Positions 17,984 to 27,150 of a stretch of DNA of 64,000 nucleotides are shown here, piece after piece. Source of the stretch: a virus; IMG/VR virus record IMGVR_UViG_3300032249_001461, positions 35,935 to 99,934 of that record. The stretch is one strand, 5' to 3'. Every line of letters begins with the position of its first letter. The first letter of the stretch is position 1. The notes beneath the pieces are model-generated. The model had not been told where the DNA came from. It made no database searches and was given only the letters and a program-made list of their open reading frames with translations. The translations under genes were made by a program, and so were the position numbers.

Positions 17984-18451
17984 TTACCTCTTAGGGCCTC
18001 GCTTGAGCCTGACTGGGTTCAGCTTCTCCGCATGTCGGTCCTTGACGCCCTTCAGCCCGTGCATCATGTTGACGAGTTCCTTCGCCATCTCCGCGGGCGT
18101 GTCGTTCCTGCACTTTTCGGACCTCTGTATGGATACCGTCTTCCTGTCCTTGTTGTAGAAGCCGTTTGACATTATGAAACAGCCTCCCTCCTCCTTCGGG
18201 CTGTAGCTGATCATGCCCACCCACTCCCCGTCGTCCCAGTTCCTGGAACTCACCATTATCCTTGCGGGCTCCTCGTCGAATATCTGCCGCACGTGGTATC
18301 CGCGCTTCTTGAGGCCGGCGCTGACGTAGCCGAGGGCTATCTTCGCAAAGCCCTCCAGAACCTCCTTCGTCCTGGTTCTGTAGTTGACTTCCACGCTGTA
18401 CCGCGTGTTGCCCTCGTCCATCCTCTTTTCCATCCACTCCTGAAATCTCAT
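17984..18451 (-). CDS. hypothetical protein, putative internal head protein
   Basis: MRFQEWMEKRMDE; TATATA 5 nt upstream. Confidence 0.65.
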   Translation of the reverse strand: MRFQEWMEKRMDEGNTRYSVEVNYRTRTKEVLEGFAKIALGYVSAGLKKRGYHVRQIFDEEPARIMVSSRNWDDGEWVGMISYSPKEEGGCFIMSNGFYNKDRKTVSIQRSEKCRNDTPAEMAKELVNMMHGLKGVKDRHAEKLNPVRLKRGPKR

Positions 18452-18488
18452 GGAGTTATATATGGGATAGGGGCAGCTATTATATTGG

Positions 18489-19133
18489 ATGAAACTCCGT
18501 ATATTGGTCGCCTGTGAGTACTCCGGTTCGGTGCGGGACGCCTTCAGGGCTCTTGGCCACGATGCCATGTCGTGCGACCTCCTTCCCACCGACGTGCCCG
18601 GACCCCACCACCAGGGCGACGTGTTTGATGTCATAAACGAGGGATTTGACCTCATGGTCGCCCATCCTCCATGCACCCACCTCGCGGTGAGCGGGGCGAG
18701 GTGGTTCAAGCACAAGCAGAACGAGCAGAAGGAGGCTCTGGAGTTCGTCCAGAGGCTGATGGACGCCCCCATCAAGCACATAGCCATAGAGAACCCCGTC
18801 AGCATCATAAGCAGCAGAATACGGAGACCTGAACAGATAATTCAGCCGTGGATGTTCGGAGACCCGTTCCAGAAGACGACCTGTCTGTGGCTCAAGAACC
18901 TGCCCGGGCTGAAGCCCACCAAGATTGTGGACAAGGGGGAGTTCTTCGAATGGACGGACAAGAAGACCGGCAAGAAGAAAAGGCAGGCGGTGTGGTACAA
19001 GGAGGCATGGAGCAAGGGCGATCTGCGCTGGAAGATAAGGAGCAAGACCTTCCAGGGAATAGCGGACGCCATGGCCGACCAGTGGTCCAGGCATGCCGTT
19101 CAAGACAAGCAGGTCACGTCCTTAAATCCGTAG
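18489..19133 (+). CDS. phage DNA cytosine methyltransferase-like protein
   Basis: RILVACEYSG, AHPPCTHL, IENPVS, KTTCLWLK, RSKTFQGIADAMADQW. Confidence 0.85.
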   Translation: MKLRILVACEYSGSVRDAFRALGHDAMSCDLLPTDVPGPHHQGDVFDVINEGFDLMVAHPPCTHLAVSGARWFKHKQNEQKEALEFVQRLMDAPIKHIAIENPVSIISSRIRRPEQIIQPWMFGDPFQKTTCLWLKNLPGLKPTKIVDKGEFFEWTDKKTGKKKRQAVWYKEAWSKGDLRWKIRSKTFQGIADAMADQWSRHAVQDKQVTSLNP

Positions 19134-19798
19134 GGATCTTTCAGACTCGCTTGGCTTTCGGCTATCTTGTACCATGCAGTGAAGGCGATTCTTATGCCAC
19201 CGGCGTTCTTCCTCACGCCGTGGATGTAGTCGCGGGAGCAAGGAAATCCGAAGAGCCTTCTTGTCTTCGGTTTCACGTCAATGTCCTTCAATGGAAGGGT
19301 TGTTTCTCCGCCCGCAAAATCGTCCGAAAGATAGATGAGTGAGGTGTATATCCTAGTCGGAGTGTGGTTCGGCTGCCATTCGTTCTTGGACGGATTTTTA
19401 AATCCTTCATGCCCGTGGTCTTCGGGCTTCCCTAGGTTCCTATCGGCCTGGCAGTGGGGCCTTTCGGCATCGGCATGGTAACCCATGGAGAAATTCACGC
19501 AGACAGATATGCCGCAGTACTCCTCGGAAATCACGGGGAGGCTAGTTTTTTCAAGGAGAATGTCATATAGAACTTTGTGAGATCGCCTGACAGATTCGTT
19601 GAGATCATCGTTGACAGAATTGCTCCTCTTGGAGTCGAACGAAAGGGGCATGAATTTGTAGAACGACTCTCCCGAGTCCATCTTGAGAAGGGCCTCTTGG
19701 TATGGAAGAGAGCCTTTGGCAAACTCCAACATGGATGACAAGTCGGATTCGGATATGGCATCATCCAATATGACGGCTTGATCGTGAATTGTAAGCAT
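19100..19798 (-). CDS. 2OG-Fe(II) oxygenase, prolyl-4-hydroxylase-like
   Basis: HAD; YTSLIYLSDDFAGGET; HGV; R..FTAW. Confidence 0.8.
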   Translation of the reverse strand: MLTIHDQAVILDDAISESDLSSMLEFAKGSLPYQEALLKMDSGESFYKFMPLSFDSKRSNSVNDDLNESVRRSHKVLYDILLEKTSLPVISEEYCGISVCVNFSMGYHADAERPHCQADRNLGKPEDHGHEGFKNPSKNEWQPNHTPTRIYTSLIYLSDDFAGGETTLPLKDIDVKPKTRRLFGFPCSRDYIHGVRKNAGGIRIAFTAWYKIAESQASLKDPYGFKDVTCLS

Positions 19799-19801
19799 GA
19801 A

Positions 19802-20515
19802 TTATGTATGATCAGGATATACGAAGTTCGGCGTCTTGGGATGAGTTCTGTGTCCCTCTGTCTTGTTTCCCTCGAGGTCTGTTCCCTTGAAATAATTCTT
19901 CTGCCAGTCTTTGTCGGTTCTGGGGCCGCTGTTGAATTTGGACCTAGATTCGCACCATTCGCCATACTGTCGCTTCAGTTCGGGATTGCTGTCTATGCTC
20001 GTCATTTCCGCGGACAAATCATCGAAAACATCAATTCTTACCGGAAACAAATGGGCTATCACATCTCTCTGTTTTATATGGACGGTTCCGGGGGCGGTGA
20101 ATTTCCAGTTCATCGTGAATGGGAAGGGCAGCCAATGGGTCTCTACAATGCCCGAAAGACATGTGATGTTGTGTATGGGTTCGTTTGGCGAGCCGGTCAC
20201 ATAAAGACCATATGGAAATTCTGTTCTGAATAGGTAGCCCGTGTGCCACGTGAGAGTGCCTTCGCCGAAATGGGAAATGGGAAAGCAGGAGCCTGATACG
20301 CGGGTGACCTTTACATCATCGCGCCCTTGTCCGCCTTTCCACTCGGCCACCACTTCGCTCTTGGATATGAGCTCCCAGCCGTAGCTGTTGGCCATCGTGA
20401 GCGGAAGGCATCTGTATGGGTTCTTGTTTATGGACTCGTCCATCCACTTTCTGTTCGGACTCCCAGGGCGCATCTCCATCGGATCGTCCACAACTTTGTA
20501 AGCTTTTACATTCAT
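19802..20515 (-). CDS. DUF6065-like protein
   Basis: RKWMD, YRCLPLTMANSYGW, GIVETHWLPFPFTMNWKF, WQKNYFKG. Confidence 0.75.
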   Translation of the reverse strand: MNVKAYKVVDDPMEMRPGSPNRKWMDESINKNPYRCLPLTMANSYGWELISKSEVVAEWKGGQGRDDVKVTRVSGSCFPISHFGEGTLTWHTGYLFRTEFPYGLYVTGSPNEPIHNITCLSGIVETHWLPFPFTMNWKFTAPGTVHIKQRDVIAHLFPVRIDVFDDLSAEMTSIDSNPELKRQYGEWCESRSKFNSGPRTDKDWQKNYFKGTDLEGNKTEGHRTHPKTPNFVYPDHT

Positions 20516-20562
20516 CTGAATCCGGCGGGAAGCCTAGTTCCTTTAGGTGCTGGGGAATTGAC
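20516..20562 (+). mobile_element. 47-bp single-hairpin IS200/IS605 derivative (fused left/right end)
   Basis: preceded by TTCAT; starts CTGAATCCGGC like the full element's left end; one hairpin; ends AATTGAC like the right end. Confidence 0.8.
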
Positions 20563-20640
20563 ATTGCATCCTCAACAAGGGTGACGCAAAGCGTCTGTCT
20601 AGACTAATATATTATTGAATAAAGTCAATCCGCCAGAAAA

Positions 20641-20775
20641 CTATTCCGCACTTCCTCCCGGTCCCGGTGGCAAGGGAGGAAGGTAATTTGGAACGGGCGT
20701 TGGAACGGGCGTTGGAACGGGCGTTGGAACGGGCGTTGGAACGGGCGTTGGAACGGGCGTTGGTTCTTCGCTCAC
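20641..20775 (-). CDS. 44-aa Pro/Thr repeat peptide ending GPGGSAE
   Basis: GTG start overlapping the upstream TGA with GGAGG RBS; (PTPV)6. Confidence 0.5.
   Translation of the reverse strand: MSEEPTPVPTPVPTPVPTPVPTPVPTPVPNYLPPLPPGPGGSAE
20688..20759. repeat. six perfect 12-bp tandem repeats TTGGAACGGGCG
   Basis: direct reading. Confidence 0.95.
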
Positions 20776-21407
20776 TCTGCTCCTCCCCCGGGGCCCTGCG
20801 GGGGCCCCGGCGGCGGTGAGGGAGGCGGCTCTGGTGGAGGTGAGGGAGGCGGCAGTGGTGGAGGTGAGGGAGGCGGCTCTGGTGGAGGTGAGGGAGGCGG
20901 CAGTGGTGGAGGTAAGGGACCGGGTCCGGGAGTGTAGCAGCCATCTCTGTCTATAAGACGAGTGCTGCAATTTGTTTCTATATAGTAAAGCGCGCGTCCC
21001 ACGCAGAGCGGGCCTGGTTCGCAACTTGAGCTGCTTGAGCCCGATGAGCTGCTTGAGCCCGATGAGCTGCTTGATCCCGATGTGCTGCTTGATCCCGATG
21101 TGCTGCTTGAGCCCGATGTGCTGCTTGAACCCGATGTGCTGCTTGAACCCGATGTGCTGCTTGATCCCGATGTGCTGCTTGATCCCGATGTGCTGCTTGG
21201 TTGCGGCGGCGGCGTTGGTTGCGGCGGCGTTGGTTGCGGCGGCGTTGGTTGCGGCGGCGTTGGAAATGGCGGAAATGGCGGAAATGGAGAAGGAGGAAAT
21301 GGAGAAGGAGGAACGCCACTGCAACAATCATTCGGATCGTCGTAGGGTCCTCCTACTTGATTTTGTGTGTTTGCGTTGAAATTTTTTTGTTCTATGCAAT
21401 ATGGCAT
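20772..21407 (-). CDS. extensin-like Pro/Ser-rich protein ending GPGGGAE
   Basis: PPSPF, PTPPQ, (SSSTSG)n and PPSPPP repeats separated by Cys-containing segments. Confidence 0.65.
   Translation of the reverse strand: MPYCIEQKNFNANTQNQVGGPYDDPNDCCSGVPPSPFPPSPFPPFPPFPTPPQPTPPQPTPPQPTPPPQPSSTSGSSSTSGSSSTSGSSSTSGSSSTSGSSSTSGSSSTSGSSSSSGSSSSSGSSSSSCEPGPLCVGRALYYIETNCSTRLIDRDGCYTPGPGPLPPPLPPPSPPPEPPPSPPPLPPPSPPPEPPPSPPPGPPQGPGGGAE
20810..21310. repeat. coding tandem repeats (30-, 18-, 15- and 9-bp units)
   Basis: e.g. CCCGATGTGCTGCTTGAN about 9 copies. Confidence 0.85.
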
Positions 21408-21475
21408 TTTTATGATGGCGCTTGCGGATTGTTCACGGTATATAGTTTGATTTTTCCTAAAAACTCAACTCGGAT

Positions 21476-23530
21476 TCAGGACAGATTTGAGGCCTTTATC
21501 ACTTCGCCCTCGCCCGATCCCTTGTCCACGAAGGTGAACGATATGTCCTGCCAACCGCGGAGGACAGGTTCGCCATGCTCGTCCTTGTTTTTGATTGATG
21601 CGGACACCGATCTTCTGACTGACTCCCTGGCCTTGCTGAAGTGCTTGGAGTGCAGCCAAACCTCCAGGTCGTTAGAGTCTTCAGGCCACTTGAATATGAC
21701 GAGGCCATCCTCGTAGGCCTTCTCTTCTGCGATCTCCTTCTCGTATTTCCAGACGTCGGACTCGTCGGCCTCCGGCTCGTACTTCCAGCTCTCCTCCTCC
21801 TCTTCCTTCTTGAGCCGATCCTTCTTCCAGTCCACGAAGTCGTCAAAATAGTCGTCCTTTATTTCTTTCTTGGCGTCCTCTTCGGAAGTGCCATCCCATT
21901 CGCCCTCGGAGAACCTGTCCTCGATGTACTCATCCCACTCGTAGTCTATGTCGGACTCCACCTCCTCCCTGTCCTGTCCGTAGGTTTCCGACTTCCTTTC
22001 CTCCGCGTTCGCATAGGCCTCCTCGCTCGCCTTCTCGTGGGCCGCGCCGAACACCTCCTCCTTGTCTACGATGTCATTGTCAAGGGCAAGCCGGGACACC
22101 TCCACGTCGTCACCGTCGAGATATTTCAAAGGAACGTCCTTCCATGAAGTGTCGGTTCCTACCTGCATGTACTTGAAGGAGCCCCTGCCGATGGTATCCC
22201 TGTCCATCGCCTCCTTCTCCTCTCGCTTTTTTTCGTCTTCTTCCTCCCTGGTCTTTATCTTCTTATGGGCGTCCTCTATCTGATCCTTGCCTCGTATGTT
22301 TATGTGTTCTGCGAGTTTCTTGAGGTACTCTATGTCTCCGGGCCTGATGGTCTCCCCGGACTCCAACCAGGAGTTTATGGCCTCCTCGTACTCCCTCTTG
22401 AACCTCTCGTAATTCCCGCTTGCGTGCTTGGAAAGAAGGGGCGATATGGAGAACATCCTTATCGCGTTGCTCATCCAAAGCCGTGGGTTCTCCACCATGT
22501 AGGAGTACTCTTCCTCATGTATTTCCTTGTATAGTCTGATGGCGTCGTCTGCGTCCTGCGTCTTTGACGCCTCCTCCATGACTTCATACATGTGCTGGCT
22601 GTCGCCCTTCAGAGCCTCGATGAAGAATGTGAGGAACGGACTTTCGTTGTGCTGCCAGTTGATGTACTTTACCAGTTCGTCAAGCGGAACCTTCGTGTTT
22701 TCGGGGGTTGTGTCCTTGTCCCACGAATGCCGGAAGTACTTGTAGACCTGCTCTCTTGCCTTGGGGTGGTTTGCGAGCATCTTGTCCGCGAGGAACTTGA
22801 TGTAGGAGGAAGACTTTTTTATCTTGGTCGCATCGTCGTCGTGTTCTTGTTTGCCCCTTTTGGACCACACGGTTTCGGCTCCCCCGTAGTTCCAGCCCTT
22901 TACTATGCTGTAATGTTCTATGATGTCATTGTCTATCAGCGGTTGGGCCGCCTTCTTCATCGCGCCGACGATCTTTTCGATCTGCATCGCGGCGCTTCCG
23001 GGGTTAACCCGCATGAAATACGCCCACGATCCGCTCATCCTGCTGAAGGAGACGCCGGCGGTGGCCTTCTTCGCGTTCGCAGATGTCTTGCCCATTTCGG
23101 GTGTTGATGTGGAGGAGAACTCCTTTTCGCCCTTCATCCCCTTCATGGCGGGATGGTCGTCGTCCACGCCGGCTGCCGACATGGCTCCCATCCATGCGCT
23201 GTCGCCTTCCTTGTAGGGCAGGGGCTTGAGTCCCGATGCGGCCAGCGATGCGGCGAGCGACTTGATGAACGCCCTGTCCGCCCCGTTTCCGGCCTCTATG
23301 GGCGTCTTCTTTATGATCCCGACCACCGTCGCGGCGCCATCGGACAGTTTTACGTATCCAGGACGCTCCTCCGAAAACGGCCACACCTCGAAGGACGAAT
23401 AGTAATCGCCGGCTCCATAGGAGAACTCCACGACGTTGTTGTTCTCCCTTGACTTTCCGAGAGACGCCTCCCCGGAGCCCGTATTAACCACTATGTTTTC
23501 ATGAAGAAGGAGCCATTCCTTGAATCGCAT
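21476..23530 (-). CDS. large acidic protein, putative internal head protein
   Basis: MRFKEWLLLHE; TAGATA 4 nt upstream. Confidence 0.7.
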   Translation of the reverse strand: MRFKEWLLLHENIVVNTGSGEASLGKSRENNNVVEFSYGAGDYYSSFEVWPFSEERPGYVKLSDGAATVVGIIKKTPIEAGNGADRAFIKSLAASLAASGLKPLPYKEGDSAWMGAMSAAGVDDDHPAMKGMKGEKEFSSTSTPEMGKTSANAKKATAGVSFSRMSGSWAYFMRVNPGSAAMQIEKIVGAMKKAAQPLIDNDIIEHYSIVKGWNYGGAETVWSKRGKQEHDDDATKIKKSSSYIKFLADKMLANHPKAREQVYKYFRHSWDKDTTPENTKVPLDELVKYINWQHNESPFLTFFIEALKGDSQHMYEVMEEASKTQDADDAIRLYKEIHEEEYSYMVENPRLWMSNAIRMFSISPLLSKHASGNYERFKREYEEAINSWLESGETIRPGDIEYLKKLAEHINIRGKDQIEDAHKKIKTREEEDEKKREEKEAMDRDTIGRGSFKYMQVGTDTSWKDVPLKYLDGDDVEVSRLALDNDIVDKEEVFGAAHEKASEEAYANAEERKSETYGQDREEVESDIDYEWDEYIEDRFSEGEWDGTSEEDAKKEIKDDYFDDFVDWKKDRLKKEEEEESWKYEPEADESDVWKYEKEIAEEKAYEDGLVIFKWPEDSNDLEVWLHSKHFSKARESVRRSVSASIKNKDEHGEPVLRGWQDISFTFVDKGSGEGEVIKASNLS

Positions 23531-23637
23531 GCCCTATCTATCCACGGCGGCGGGAGAACTCTATCTGAAAGAGAAAAGTTTGGTCACAAAGGGCGAGCGA
23601 TAGATGAACTGCGACCAAAACCTGACGAAAAACAAAT

Positions 23638-23754
23638 GCTTCCCCCGCGGGGGCTGTGGCGGAATGAGCCATGTGTCAATGTGCTCATGGTAGACGCTGC
23701 GGAGGCCGCTCCGGTGATTTGCAAGCCCAATCCCTTCGGAGGGCGGTAATTGAC
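23638..23754 (+). ncRNA. stand-alone TnpB omegaRNA scaffold
   Basis: colinear homology to 16569..16451 with stem-preserving changes; ends TAATTGAC. Confidence 0.75.
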
Positions 23755-23756
23755 TG

Positions 23757-25358
23757 CTAAACGACTCCAAGGATGGACGAACCATTGACGCCGCGTTGAA
23801 TCGGGTACTGAGTGCGAGAGCCCAGGGTCACCGTGCCGGTATACGTTGCCGCAGGAAACGAGAACGAACTGTCGTTGAACGTGGCATCGCCATTTACGGG
23901 GCCGGCGTTCGATGCGTTGTCGTTAAACGTGGCCATGCCAGAGACGCTTCCTCCGTCGTTGGACGAACTGTCGTTGAACGTCCAGTTTTGCCCTGGCGTG
24001 GCGAAAATCCAGTTCGTTGCGTCTTGGCTCCACGTTTCGTTGCCGTTAAGCACAAACGAAACCGGCGTCCCTGAAGAGAAAGTCACGGAGCCAGAGACAT
24101 CTCCTAGTGGCACGCTCGCGCCATAAGCACTTTCCGTCACAGTAATGTTTCCAACGCTACCCGTGTTGCTCCAGAGAATGCCGACAAACGTGGCGTCGGC
24201 AACATTGCCCGCGTTGACTGAACTGTCGTAAAAGGTGGCCGCGATGTATCCCGGCCCAAGTTGGCTGCTGACCGAGCCATAATTGATTGCATTTCCACTG
24301 AAGGCCGCACCGAAGGCAGTCACCACGCTATTCATGTTGCTGGCGTCTCCAGAAAAGCTGCAGTTATTGGAGTACACCGAGCCAGCGTTAATCGCGTTTC
24401 CGCCAAAAGAAAAGTCGCCGGCGCCAGCACCCGCGCTGCCGTTGTTGACTGCGTTATCGGCAAACGCCCCGGAGATAGCAAGCGTGCCGGTGACACTGTT
24501 GACTGTGTTGTTACTGAAGCCCGCTTCTGACGCGCTTCCGCTGTTGACCGCGCTATCATTGAACTGTGCGTAATATGAGATGGTGCCGATGTTGGACGAA
24601 GAGTCATTGAACTGCGACCCACCATATGCAGCGGTGTTGACCCCTCCACTGTTGGACGAAGAGTCATTGAACGTGCCGCTGTGGCCCACCGACCCACCGT
24701 TGGTTGCAGTGTCGTTGAATGTCGCGTTGTTACTCACCGTTCCACCGTTGGACGAACTGTCGTTAAATGTCGCGTCGCCACCCACCGTTCCGCCGTTGGA
24801 CGAACTGTCGTTGAACTCTGCATTGCCAACCACCGACCCACCGTTGCTTGAACTGTCGTTGTATGTCGCCTCCCCAGTGACGCTAGTGTCTCTGCTTGCA
24901 GAAGCGTCGTTGTGCGTGGCGTTGAGAGTGACGGTGCCATAATTTACTGCGTTGTCGTTGAATGTCGCGTTGGTAGCGGTGGCGAAGCTCGCGTTAAACG
25001 CATCGCCACCAAACGTCGCATGGCCTGCGACCGTGCCCGCGTTGTAGCCGCCCCCGCCAAACGTCGCGTTGCCGGTGATCGTTCCGCCGTTTCCCGCTGC
25101 TCCGTTAAACGTCGCGAGCCCGTTTTCCGCAAGGGTAATTGCAATTCCCAGAGTTTGACCGCCGATGTCATCCAACAATGTGAAATTAGCCACCGTTGGC
25201 TCGCTGCCACCGTTGGACGTTACGCTCGCGCTTGCGATCACGTTGTCGGCACTAGACGGCAGGGCTGCGGCGGGCGTGGTGAACGCGGCATCTCCCCACC
25301 AGTTTCCCAGTTCCGTCCATTCACCATCGACCGCGCCATTGAAGTAGAGCGTTGCCAT
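23757..25358 (-). CDS. beta-solenoid tail fibre/adhesin
   Basis: ~17-aa repeats GxATFNDSSSNGGTV; AGGAG RBS. Confidence 0.75.
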   Translation of the reverse strand: MATLYFNGAVDGEWTELGNWWGDAAFTTPAAALPSSADNVIASASVTSNGGSEPTVANFTLLDDIGGQTLGIAITLAENGLATFNGAAGNGGTITGNATFGGGGYNAGTVAGHATFGGDAFNASFATATNATFNDNAVNYGTVTLNATHNDASASRDTSVTGEATYNDSSSNGGSVVGNAEFNDSSSNGGTVGGDATFNDSSSNGGTVSNNATFNDTATNGGSVGHSGTFNDSSSNSGGVNTAAYGGSQFNDSSSNIGTISYYAQFNDSAVNSGSASEAGFSNNTVNSVTGTLAISGAFADNAVNNGSAGAGAGDFSFGGNAINAGSVYSNNCSFSGDASNMNSVVTAFGAAFSGNAINYGSVSSQLGPGYIAATFYDSSVNAGNVADATFVGILWSNTGSVGNITVTESAYGASVPLGDVSGSVTFSSGTPVSFVLNGNETWSQDATNWIFATPGQNWTFNDSSSNDGGSVSGMATFNDNASNAGPVNGDATFNDSSFSFPAATYTGTVTLGSRTQYPIQRGVNGSSILGVV

Positions 25359-25372
25359 TTATTTTCTCCTAA

Positions 25373-25687
25373 TTAATTTCTAGCCGGGGGAGTCGGTGGA
25401 ACGAACAATTTCTCCAGACCAGCCTTAATGTCGCTGCCAAGCAACTCAAGAACTCTGCTCTCAACTTGAGATTGAGTATAATCACCCGCAACGTCGTAGG
25501 CTTCGCCTTTCCATAGAACTAGTGGATGAGGGCAGGGGCGAATTTGAGCCATGGCGCTCTTTCTTTTGTTGTTATCAATAATGGTAATGTCCAATAATGT
25601 TAGTGTAATGGGCTTTTGAACTCTTACCTCTCCATTTGCTCTGATTATTGTTGGTGGTTGTATAGTGACTGGATTGGATAGATTCAT
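25373..25687 (-). CDS. fibre-associated small protein
   Basis: AGGAG RBS; LVLWKGEAYDVAGDYT. Confidence 0.6.
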   Translation of the reverse strand: MNLSNPVTIQPPTIIRANGEVRVQKPITLTLLDITIIDNNKRKSAMAQIRPCPHPLVLWKGEAYDVAGDYTQSQVESRVLELLGSDIKAGLEKLFVPPTPPARN

Positions 25688-25711
25688 AAAATTCTCCTAG
25701 TAATTGAAATT

Positions 25712-27095
25712 TTAGTAGCCTGGAACGAAAGCGACAACGTCCCACTTGTCTCTTCCGGCATGGTAAGTTGCGGCCAAAACATCCATTTTGTTCGCAGAGG
25801 TACTGAACGGAAGAGGCGAAGTGGCACTACTAGGAATGTTAAATTTATTACCAAGAGATACTGTGCGATTGCCCGTACCATCTTGGGTTATTCTCCAACG
25901 TAGTGTTTTGCCGTTGACGGGATTGGTTGGATTGGACAATGTGGTGTTGCCAGTGAGCGTTATGTCAAATATGTCTCCGGCGCCAGCATCAGTATTTATT
26001 GTCGAAGAGTATGATGAACTAACGACCGTTGTTGAGCCACCAAGTACGGAAGTTCCATTACTGTCTAGGATGTCACCGTCTATTGGTAATGTTAATCTGC
26101 CGTCTGCGCCAAAAGTCCAGTGATTATTGTCATTGTCTGTGCCGACGACGACATCTCCGCCGTTTTTTTTCTATCTTGACATACTGATCATCGTCGCCCA
26201 AATAAATATCAACCGTCGATGGATCGCCTGCCACAAGATGAACATGACTATGCTCTGAACTGGATGTTCCGTTGTTGGTCACAGTAATATATTGACCGGT
26301 TGGCATGCCATAGGATTCATCAAAATTGTAATATAATGTCGGATAATTGTTTGCGTCTGCGACATCCGGGCCAGGTCTTGTTCCGTCAACACTTGTTAAT
26401 GTCAAAGTAAATTCAGCAATATTGCTATTGGCTGGTATGGTCCAAGTAATACTTTCTGATTCTGGACCGGTTGTGCTTACGAAAGTCAGCTTGCCAGTTA
26501 GCGCTCGACCCAACGATTGTGGAGTAACTCCTGCGCCAGATATTGTATAGTTTACTGTTCCAAAATTAGGCCAGCCATTTAGAGTGACTGAAATGGTGAT
26601 TGGACTGCCATATACTATGTATCCGCTAGAATTAAGCCCCCAACCAGCCGCAGTTGGACGAATTACCAAACTCTGTCCGGATTGTGCTGTTGGTGGCGTT
26701 AAGGATACTGTATTGTTTGTTTCGCTTAATGTGCTGCCGCTGGGCAGTGTCAGCTCGCCATTTGCATCAAACTTCCAACTATATCCGGGAGGTCCGCCGA
26801 AGACTTCAAATGCGTGGTCAGCCCCGCCGATTTTAATCTGACTGTTAGGAGCGGTATTAAGTGGCGCTGTTCCGATGCGAACCCCGCCGTCATTCTCAAC
26901 AACGACCTGGGCAGATCCTCCTGACAATGTTAGGGTTCCATTTGCGCCGCCCGACAAGGCCACACCCGGAGCGATGTCGTTGGAGGTTATTGATCCGTCC
27001 TGGATGTTTTCTCCCTTGACCACGCCGTTGTATATCTTTGGCAGTATGTCGGCCGCTGATCCGTGTCCGGTTCCTTCAGAAGTGTTTGCTGGCAT
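25712..27095 (-). pseudogene. tail fibre/receptor-binding protein frameshifted at an A8 tract (26163..26170)
   Basis: with A7 the frame reads VKIEKNGGDVVVGTD...ITQDGTGNRTV...VAFVPGY, 460 aa. Confidence 0.75.
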
Positions 27096-27150
27096 ATGTG
27101 TGCTCCTTTGAGTAAGCGTATCTAGTGGTCTAAAAAAAAGGTTTTGTCAA

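Larger units (their letters stand above)
15763..17994 (+). pseudogene. phiEco32-like COOH-NH2 ligase type 2, split by a TnpB element (join 15763..16450 + 17723..17994)
   Basis: GSDPEFIL, DNVLAE, RTAGGHVHLG, HGVEYRT; removing 16451..17722 gives in-frame ...KERIYENFWTVDREK... Confidence 0.8.

Noticed and set aside
20688-21310. CRISPR-like array
   Set aside because: Repeats are contiguous, in multiples of 3 and without unique spacers; they encode low-complexity protein. The same applies to 14400..14875 and 33487..33700.
23560-23570. TCTAT|CTGAA as a decayed left end for the orphan omegaRNA
   Set aside because: Only a few bases match and no left-end hairpin follows; cannot be supported.
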